Positions 26,490 through 32,000 of a DNA stretch of 32,000 nt are shown here, in pieces. Below the pieces are notes generated by a model that saw only the letters and a program-made list of their open reading frames with translations, made no database searches and was not told the origin of the DNA. The DNA is from Haloferax volcanii DS2 (lineage in GTDB: Archaea > Halobacteriota > Halobacteria > Halobacteriales > Haloferacaceae), in NCBI RefSeq assembly GCF_000025685.1, contig NC_013967.1:1020001-1052000 (forward strand), in the 5' to 3' direction. A program made the position numbers and the translations under genes. Every line of letters starts with the position of its first letter. Position 1 is the first letter of the stretch.

Positions 26490-26724
26490 GGTTAGTGTCT
26501 GTGTGCGTTCGTGTGGCTTCGATGACGGTCTCGGCGACCGTCACGTTGACGACGTAGTCATCGACCGTGGCGTGCAGGCCGCCGGTCGAATCGCGTTCGA
26601 TTGTGGTGACGAGTTCGTCCCCCTCGACTCGGCTGTGCATCGACTCCGTGTTGTCCGGTTCGAGCGCGCCGGCGATGATGTCGGCGTCGTCGTGGGTCGT
26701 CCGCAGGGTCGCACGCCGGCTCAT
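26482..26724 (-). CDS. Pcc1-family small protein (KEOPS Pcc1/Pcc2-like)
   Basis: 80 aa. ATLRTTHDDADIIAGALEPDN...GDELVTTIERDSTGGLHATVDDYVVNVTVAETVIE fits the Pcc1/CTAG pattern (A..i..aL.PD....l...i.a.d...Lra.v...l....va). It overlaps rps3ae by 8 nt and the upstream gene by 4 nt. Confidence 0.55.
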   Translation of the reverse strand: MSRRATLRTTHDDADIIAGALEPDNTESMHSRVEGDELVTTIERDSTGGLHATVDDYVVNVTVAETVIEATRTHTDTNHE

Positions 26725-27842
26725 CGGCGCACCTCCCTGACGGCCGCGACGACATCGCTCGGCTCCGCCGCGGAGTCGAACGTCATCGTCGCCTCCGACG
26801 GCGACCCGGTCGCGGACGCGGCCGGCAGGTCGCTCGCGGCCGCGGCGAGGTCCTCGTCGAGTCCGGCGGGGCCGGTCGAGACGAGGGCCGCGGCACCGAC
26901 GCCGACCGCGAGAACGGTCGGCTCGGGCGAGCGGAAGTCGCGGGCGAGTCTCGCCACCGTGGCGAGTCGCCCCGGCGAGGACAGGTCACAGGAGAGCGCG
27001 GAGAGGCTCTCGTAGCGGCCCGTCGTCGCTCCGCGGAGCGCGGCGTGGGTCGCCTGCGCGTGGTCGCGCCACGCGTCGAGCGCGGCGTCGCGAACGTCGT
27101 GTCCGAGCGCCAGCGCGACGGCGGTCCCGGGCGACTCCCGGACGGTCGCGTCGAGCACGTCGGCGAAGCCGCCGACGGTTTCGAACGGCCCGTTCGGGGT
27201 CGTCTCCGGGCCCAAAACGCGCTCGACGGCGGTCGCCGCGCGAGCGGTCGCCTCGCCGCTCGTCGCGTCGATGGCGACGAGGGAAGCGACGCGCCTACGG
27301 GCGTCGGCGTCGAGTTCGGCCGGGAGCGACAGTTCGGCGAGGTCCGCCTGCGCGCGCTCCCTGTCGGCCGAAAACGGCGCGTGGACGAGCGTCGAATGCG
27401 CCAGCCCGTCTGCGAGGTCGCCCGTGGGGACGGCCACGCCGGGTCCGGCTTCGACGCCCGCGTCGGCCGCGGCGTCCGCGAGGTCGGTGTCTTCCTTCGG
27501 TGTCGTGCCGGCGGCGTGGAGGCCGGCCAGCGCGACCGCCGGGTCGGGGTCGACCCCGAGTTCGCGGACGACCGAAACGGCGTCGTTCGGGTCGAGTTCG
27601 AGGTCCGCATCGGCGTCCGACAGCCCGACGACTGCCACAACGTCGTCGTGTGCGACAGTGTCCGGGGCGTCGGTCGCGCGGATGCGGAAGGGGACGTCGA
27701 GTGTCCTGAGCGCCCGTCCGACGACACCCGCGGCTGCGACGGCGGCACCGCACCCGTGGACGCGGAGGCGAACGAACGTCGCCTCGCGCAGGGTCGCGGC
27801 GGCGTCGGCGGCGGGTGTCTGTTCGGCGGGGCTCACGGACAT
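26721..27842 (-). CDS. RecJ-like (DHH-superfamily-like) protein with degenerate catalytic motifs; function uncertain
   Basis: 373-aa ORF packed tightly between rps15 and the Pcc1-like gene. I recall this position being occupied by a RecJ-like paralogue in haloarchaea, from memory and unchecked. I could not find canonical DxD, DHH or GGGH motifs. Confidence is higher for the CDS itself than for the function. Confidence 0.55.
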   Translation of the reverse strand: MSVSPAEQTPAADAAATLREATFVRLRVHGCGAAVAAAGVVGRALRTLDVPFRIRATDAPDTVAHDDVVAVVGLSDADADLELDPNDAVSVVRELGVDPDPAVALAGLHAAGTTPKEDTDLADAAADAGVEAGPGVAVPTGDLADGLAHSTLVHAPFSADRERAQADLAELSLPAELDADARRRVASLVAIDATSGEATARAATAVERVLGPETTPNGPFETVGGFADVLDATVRESPGTAVALALGHDVRDAALDAWRDHAQATHAALRGATTGRYESLSALSCDLSSPGRLATVARLARDFRSPEPTVLAVGVGAAALVSTGPAGLDEDLAAAASDLPAASATGSPSEATMTFDSAAEPSDVVAAVREVRR

Positions 27843-27846
27843 TCAG

Positions 27847-28314
27847 TTATTCTTCGAGGAGTTCGACAGCGACGTCGTAGCTGTACGTGAAGTCGTCGTC
27901 GAGCTTGTCGCCGCGGTAGTACGAGACGAGGCGGCGAATCTTCGACTCCGTGTTCTGGAGCGCGCGACGGTTGGACTTGTCCTGCTGGTTCTCCTCCATG
28001 TGCTCGCGGAGGCGGATGGCGCGCTCCATGAGGTTGCGGAGGTCCTCGGGGAGGTCGCCTGCGGCGTCGTTCTCCTCGAGGATGGTGGTGACCTTCTTGC
28101 CCGTGGCGAGCTTGACATCGGGGACGGGAACGCCCTTGACGCCTTCGTCGCGCAGGGACAGGCCGATTTGGCTCGGGTCCTTGCCCTGTTCTGCCAGTTC
28201 GACGACGCGGGCTTCGATGTCAGCCGCGTCGACGTCGCTCCACTCCGGTGCTTCGTCTGCCACCGGCTTGTCCGAGCTGGACGAGCCACGGCGGCGGGTG
28301 TGCATTCGTGCCAT
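27847..28314 (-). CDS. rps15: 30S ribosomal protein S15 (uS15, S13e type)
   Basis: Internal ATG gives MARMHTRRRGSSSSDKP...LRDEGVKGVPVPDVK...RLREHMEENQQDKSNRRALQNTESKIRRLVSYYR. Confidence 0.93.
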   Translation of the reverse strand: MARMHTRRRGSSSSDKPVADEAPEWSDVDAADIEARVVELAEQGKDPSQIGLSLRDEGVKGVPVPDVKLATGKKVTTILEENDAAGDLPEDLRNLMERAIRLREHMEENQQDKSNRRALQNTESKIRRLVSYYRGDKLDDDFTYSYDVAVELLEE

Positions 28315-28527
28315 TGTTGCGGGTTGGAACCGCACTGACCGCAGAAACGAGTACCCCGCAGTCGTATCACCGACTACCGGGGCACTACCGCAATCCCAAG
28401 CCCAAACTGGGCGAGTCAGATTTGCGGCCGTGCTGGATTCCCATCGGGTTGTCCACGCGCGCCGGGTTAAACCGTTTCGACTCGGCTCCGAATTGACCGC
28501 GACTCGGTCCGGTCGGAATCGAAGGGC

Positions 28528-28535
28528 TTCTAAAC
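28528..28535 (+). promoter_or_regulatory. TATA-like box (TTCTAAAC) for tRNA-Ala
   Basis: Centred about 27 nt upstream of the first tRNA base (28559). Confidence 0.35.
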
Positions 28536-28558
28536 GGGCGACGGCTATCGGAGGATGC

Positions 28559-28630
28559 GGGCTCGTAGATCAGGGGTAGATCACTCCCTTGGCATGGGAG
28601 AGGCCCCGGGTTCAAATCCCGGCGAGTCCA
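28559..28630 (+). tRNA. tRNA-Ala (anticodon GGC), no encoded CCA, no intron
   Basis: Hand-folded cloverleaf: acceptor GGGCTCG/CGAGTCC with the G3:U70 Ala identity pair, D arm GATC-AGGGGTA-GATC, anticodon arm CTCCC-TTGGCAT-GGGAG, variable loop AGGCC, T arm CCGGG-TTCAAAT-CCCGG, discriminator A. Total 72 nt. Confidence 0.9.
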
Positions 28631-28742
28631 TTTCTGAACGAAGTGAAGAAATTGACGAGCCGAGCGCTCGCCGTTGCGAGCGCGTGGATTTGAAGCCCTA
28701 CCAGTCGCGCACAGCGAACGAAGTGAGCGAGCACGTCTGGTT

Positions 28743-28767
28743 CCGGGTTCAAATCCCGGCGAGTCCA
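28743..28767 (+). repeat. direct copy of the tRNA-Ala 3' end (25 nt: T arm plus acceptor 3' strand plus discriminator); att-like
   Basis: CCGGGTTCAAATCCCGGCGAGTCCA is identical to 28606-28630. Confidence 0.85.
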
Positions 28768-28845
28768 CTCACTTCCTTTCGGTCACTTCGTTCCCTTCAG
28801 TCGTTCGTGGACTCGCTGATGTCCCACTCGCTTCGCTGGCGGGAC

Positions 28846-28859
28846 TCCCGGCGAGTCCA
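28846..28859 (+). repeat. direct copy of the tRNA-Ala 3' end (14 nt); att-like
   Basis: TCCCGGCGAGTCCA is identical to 28617-28630. Confidence 0.75.
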
Positions 28860-29024
28860 CTAATCTCTCTCTGGACTTCCAACGAGCGAAGCGAGTCGAG
28901 AAGCCAGAGTGAATTAGGGCCTGTTCGAGGCGAGATTTGAGCAGCGAGCAAATCTCTGATCTGCGAGTGAGTTCAAATCCCGTGAACTCCGTTCACGACC
29001 TTCGCAAACCTCCGGTTTGCTCAG

Positions 29025-29041
29025 TCCCGGCGAGTCCACTC
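29025..29041 (+). repeat. direct copy of the tRNA-Ala 3' end (14 nt) plus a shared CTC flank; probable original tRNA 3' end (attR-like)
   Basis: TCCCGGCGAGTCCA is identical to 28617-28630. Its flank CTCGCTTCCTTT matches the flank of the 28743 copy (CTCACTTCCTTT) and runs into a T7 tract. Confidence 0.75.
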
Positions 29042-29047
29042 GCTTCC

Positions 29048-29054
29048 TTTTTTT
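29048..29054 (+). terminator. oligo-T (T7) tract, the likely transcription terminator originally belonging to tRNA-Ala
   Basis: TTTTTTT lies 10 nt after the last tRNA 3'-end copy. Only TTT follows the intact tRNA. Archaeal termination at T-tracts is established. Confidence 0.4.
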
Positions 29055-29066
29055 CAAGGCGAGAAT

Positions 29067-29084
29067 CCCGCCGTTTACGGCGGG
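29067..29084 (+). repeat. IS left-end subterminal hairpin (CCCGCCG-TTTA-CGGCGGG)
   Basis: Perfect 7-bp stem with a 4-nt loop, about 105 nt upstream of tnpA. The core is identical to the right-end hairpin. Confidence 0.75.
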
Positions 29085-29189
29085 CGTGAAGCCGACAACT
29101 ACCTCACGTTCTACCGTCGGTTGCAGGCCGAATACCCCACGAATACGAGCCTTTATTAGAATTGGGTGTGTAGAAACTAGCACGGCCAA

Positions 29190-29582
29190 ATGAAGTACAA
29201 CCTTGAAACCGGGTCGCACACGGTCTACGCGCTCCAATATCACTTCGTGACCGTCACGAAGTACCGCGCAGACCTCCTCACCGACGAAATCGCAGAGCGC
29301 ATCGGTGAGATTGCCAGCGACATCTCCGAGGACTTCGGCGTGAACATCCAGAACGTCAACGGCGGAAGCGACCACGTTCACATCCTCTTCACGGCGAAGC
29401 CAACGACCGACCTCACCAAGTTCATCAACTCACTCAAGGGCGTTACGTCCCGCAAAATCCGCGACGAGAACCCCGAGGTTCGGCAGGCGCTCGACAAAGC
29501 GTTCTGGCAACCGGGATACTTCCTCGCCACCACCGGCCAAGTGAGTATCGACGTACTCATGAAGTACGTGGAGGAGCAGTAG
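29190..29582 (+). CDS. tnpA: IS200/IS605 Y1 (HUH) transposase TnpA
   Basis: 130 aa. YHFVTVTKYR, the HUH motif SDHVHILF, and the catalytic Tyr context LMKYVEEQ at the C-terminus. Confidence 0.92.
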   Translation: MKYNLETGSHTVYALQYHFVTVTKYRADLLTDEIAERIGEIASDISEDFGVNIQNVNGGSDHVHILFTAKPTTDLTKFINSLKGVTSRKIRDENPEVRQALDKAFWQPGYFLATTGQVSIDVLMKYVEEQ

Positions 29583-29583
29583 C

Positions 29584-30838
29584 GTGTCTCCGACCGTCAC
29601 GAAGACGTTGCAGGCGGCGTTCGCGCCACCCACCGCGCACAAGCAGTCGAAACTCAACGACCTGCTGGAAACCTACCGTGACGGTCTGCAAGAGGCGTTC
29701 GACGCCGGGGCGAGTACCATGTCGGCGGTGAGTGAAATCGCGACGCCCTACGACCTGCCGTATCAGGCCAAAGCCGCGCTCTGCAACTACGTCCCGAAAC
29801 TCCGCAAGACGTACAGCGCGAAGGAGTTGGACGACAGCCACCCGATACGGCTCACGAACCAAGCCGCGAAGTTCGACCACTCCGCCGAACGCGACTACGA
29901 GTTCACGTGGTGTGTTCCCCGTCCCGGTCGGGGAACGAACTTCTGGATACCGCTCCGTATCAACCCCGAACAGGAAGGCCTCTGGCACGACCTCGTATCG
30001 GAGGACGCGAAGGCGGGTGAGATACGGCTTCAGAAGCATCGGAAGAACTGGGTACTGCACGTCACCGTCGAGTACCCGGTCGAAGAACCAGCGACGGGGT
30101 GACGCCACGCACATCGGCTTAGACATCGGAGAAACCGCCCTCATCACGGGCTGTGCCCTCAAGGATGGTTCTCCGACTGATCCGTTCGTGTGTAGCGGAA
30201 GCAGAGCGAAGCATCTCCGCAAAGAGATGCACACGACCCTGAAACGACTCCAAGAGCGTGACGCATCCGAGTGGCGGATTGAAGACCGATTCAGCCACTA
30301 CCAGAACGCGCTCACCGACATCGTGGAGAAAGTGTCTCGGCAAGCCGTCGAGTACGCCCAACAGTTCGAGAACCCGGTGTTGGTGATGGAGGACTTAACG
30401 TACATCCGTGAACGGCTTTACGGGAAGTACATGAACCGTCGCCTTCACTCGTGGGCGTTCGCCCGACTCCAAGGGCGCATCGAGGACAAGGCGACGGAAG
30501 CAGGCATTCCGGTCGAGTACGTGAATCCGGCGTACACCTCGCAGACGTGCCACTCGTGCCACCGTATCGGTCGGCGGGACTCACAAGCCGAGTTCCGGTG
30601 TCCGAACGACGACTGCCACGTTTCGACGTTTCAGGCCGACATCAACGCTTCCGCTAATATCGCACGACGGGTTGACCCGTGGGGAGAGAGCGTCCCGCTT
30701 GACAAGGCGGAACGCGATGACTCGCCACGGGATGGGAGCAGTTGTGACACCGCCACGACTCACCGTGAGACGAGCGTACCAGCGCAGATGACGCTCACGG
30801 CCTACGAAGAGTCGAAACCCTCTGCCAGCGACTACTGA
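29584..30838 (+). pseudogene. tnpB: TnpB (RuvC-like RNA-guided nuclease, OrfB_IS605), interrupted by a +1 frameshift at the G4 run 30096-30099
   Basis: The N-terminal half is in frame 1 (GTG 29584 to TGA 30102: MSPTVTKTLQAAF...VTVEYPVEEPATG*). The remainder is in frame 2 (GDATHIGLDIGETAL...VMEDL...CHSCH...CPNDDCH...QADINASANIA, to 30838), carrying the RuvC D/E/D motifs and the zinc finger. Removing one G from ACGGGGTGAC restores ...PATGDATHIGLDIGE. Confidence 0.85.
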
Positions 30839-30862
30839 CTGGTATTCCCCATGCGTGGGAAG

Positions 30863-30882
30863 CCTCGCCGTTTACGGCGAGG
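30863..30882 (+). repeat. IS right-end subterminal hairpin (CCTCGCCG-TTTA-CGGCGAGG)
   Basis: Perfect 8-bp stem with a 4-nt loop, 25 nt after the tnpB stop. The core is identical to the left-end hairpin. Confidence 0.75.
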
Positions 30883-30963
30883 AGGATGTCACCAGACGGG
30901 TCTACTTACCTGACTGTCAGGTACCCCGCGAGGTTTTCACCCCGCATCTCCTTCAGGTAGGTA

Positions 30964-32000
30964 ATGAGCGGTCGCCCCCGGGTTCCACTGGTCTATCGCG
31001 TCGTCAGAGACCGGACGGCGCAGACCTCGCCGATTGCCGTGGTGCTTCTGTTAGCGATTACGGTCGCCGGGACGACTGCCGTCGTCGCGCTCGGCGGCCC
31101 CGCCCTCGACGAGACGAAACAGGCGTCCCAACTGACGCGCGCCGAGCACTCGATGACGCTGTTCGACTCGCGAGTCGCCATCTCCGCGCTCGGCGAGGGC
31201 GAAACGCAGTACGTCGACCTCAGCGGCACCGGCGGCGGCGCCTACGTCGTCGACGACGACAGCGGCTGGCTGAGCATCACGCACAAGAATCACACCGACG
31301 ACGGCGACGACCAACCGCTTTACAACGAGTCGCTCGGGAGCGTCGAGTACCGCAACGGCGACGCCCGCATCGCCTACGAGGGCGGCGGCGTCTGGCGCAC
31401 GCAGGACGGCGGCACGACGATGGTCTCGCCGCCGGAGTTCCACTACCGCGGGGCGACGCTGACGCTCCCGGTCGTCCGTGTCTCCGGCGACGGGTCGTCG
31501 TCAGGAGACGTGTCGGCGCGGGTCGCGGCGACCAAACGTGCCCGGAGCATCTATCCGAACGAGACGGCGGCGTACAACGAGACAGCGGGCAGTTACGACA
31601 ACCCGGTCAGCAACGGCACAATCGTCGTGACGGTCCACAGCGACCACTACCGAGGGTGGGCGGCGTTCTTCGAGTCGCGGAGCGAGGGGACCGTGACGGT
31701 CGACGACGCCAACCAAACCGCGAGCGTGGAGCTGGAGACCCTCGGCCTCGTCGGCGAGTTCCAGATGCCGAACGAGGGCACCTCGGTCGACGTGCGCGGA
31801 ATGGCCGGGAATCACAACGTCTCGGCGTTCACGCTCACGCTCTCGAACGACCAACACCTCCAGAACATGGAGTGGGGGATGTACTACGACGGCGACCAGC
31901 GCGACCTCGAACTCCACGTGCAGGCGGACGACAAGTGCAAGGGCGGTAGCTACGACGGCACGTTCGACCTGACGCTCTACTACGCCACCGAAGACGGCAA
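30964..32000 (+). CDS. type IV pilin-like surface protein (class III signal peptide), 3' end outside the window; absent from the ORF track because no stop is reached
   Basis: An in-frame stop (TAG 30958-30960) is followed by ATG 30964, and I translated the frame by hand without a stop to base 32000. The N-terminus MSGRPRVPLVYRVVRDRTAQTSPIAVVLLLAITVAGTTAVVALG is an archaeal prepilin-type signal (charged stretch, then a hydrophobic helix). Six N-x-S/T sequons are present (NES, NET x2, NGT, NQT, NVS). Confidence 0.8.
   Translation, partial: MSGRPRVPLVYRVVRDRTAQTSPIAVVLLLAITVAGTTAVVALGGPALDETKQASQLTRAEHSMTLFDSRVAISALGEGETQYVDLSGTGGGAYVVDDDSGWLSITHKNHTDDGDDQPLYNESLGSVEYRNGDARIAYEGGGVWRTQDGGTTMVSPPEFHYRGATLTLPVVRVSGDGSSSGDVSARVAATKRARSIYPNETAAYNETAGSYDNPVSNGTIVVTVHSDHYRGWAAFFESRSEGTVTVDDANQTASVELETLGLVGEFQMPNEGTSVDVRGMAGNHNVSAFTLTLSNDQHLQNMEWGMYYDGDQRDLELHVQADDKCKGGSYDGTFDLTLYYATEDG

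Larger units (their letters stand above)
29056..30892 (+). mobile_element. IS200/IS605-family insertion sequence (tnpA + tnpB, IS605-type organisation); ends approximate
   Basis: A Y1 HUH transposase gene is followed 1 nt later by a TnpB gene. Subterminal hairpins at 29067-29084 and 30863-30882 share the core CGCCGTTTACGGCG. There are no terminal inverted repeats, as expected for this family. GC content is visibly lower than in flanking genes. Confidence 0.85.

Noticed and set aside
28477-28519. Imperfect direct repeat CGACTCGG..TCCG..GAAT x2 upstream of tRNA-Ala
   Set aside because: It is short and imperfect. It could be a promoter-proximal element or chance, and I could not connect it convincingly to the att core.
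28968-28990. T-arm-like fragment GAGTTCAAATCCCGTGAACTCC
   Set aside because: The 5' T-stem partner (GTGAG) does not pair with CCCGT, and there is no upstream tRNA body. I treat it as a degenerate or foreign att remnant, not a gene.
28631-29054. Possible CRISPR array or second tRNA gene
   Set aside because: The repeats are 14-25 nt, derived from the tRNA 3' end, of unequal length and irregularly spaced, so this is not a CRISPR array. None of the copies has a matching 5' acceptor strand, D arm or anticodon arm. The nearest candidate (GGACTTC at 28873-28879) gives no foldable cloverleaf.
30855-31949. 364-aa Arg-rich ORF listed in the track
   Set aside because: It is a shadow frame of the pilin-like gene. 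The frame from ATG 30964 gives a coherent signal peptide plus an acidic domain, whereas this frame gives poly-Arg.

Overview
This looks like a haloarchaeal (class Halobacteria) chromosomal segment. It is visibly GC-rich with G/C at third codon positions, and the predicted proteins are strongly acidic. It carries Tat/lipobox halocyanins, and short AT-rich TATA-like boxes sit about 25-30 nt upstream of many start codons, which fits leaderless transcription. High GC produces many long Arg-, Ser- or Pro-rich shadow ORFs in the six-frame track, and I reject those. I support 34 protein-coding calls (one a frameshifted pseudogene), one tRNA and one IS element. Bases 1 to about 28,300 are mostly core genes: a Bat-type HTH regulator, two halocyanins, a NirJ/AhbC/AhbD-type radical SAM/SPASM enzyme with a small PaaB-like partner, trxB, cysS, a HemAT-type globin-coupled transducer, a cbiX + DR2241 pair, purA, Trm112, a 757-aa hyperacidic protein, a SAM methyltransferase tail-to-tail with a CDP-alcohol phosphatidyltransferase, a two-RCK K+ channel, a lone cytochrome oxidase subunit III, crtB, acyl-CoA dehydrogenase, PadR, pssA, and a compact rps15 / RecJ-like / Pcc1-like / rps3ae operon. 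The last ~3.5 kb looks accessory. tRNA-Ala(GGC) is followed by three partial direct copies of its own 3' end (att-like scars) in a hairpin-rich ~400-bp tract. Next comes an IS200/IS605 element (tnpA plus a tnpB interrupted by a frameshift in a G4 run, with matching LE/RE hairpins). Last is an open-ended type IV pilin-like gene that the ORF track misses. The best candidates for something undescribed are: (1) the translationally coupled PaaB-like protein + heme-type rSAM pair, (2) the 757-aa multi-domain acidic protein, (3) the methyltransferase / CDP-alcohol phosphatidyltransferase pair, and (4) the tRNA-Ala integration hot spot. All functional calls come from reading motifs by eye; no database search was run.
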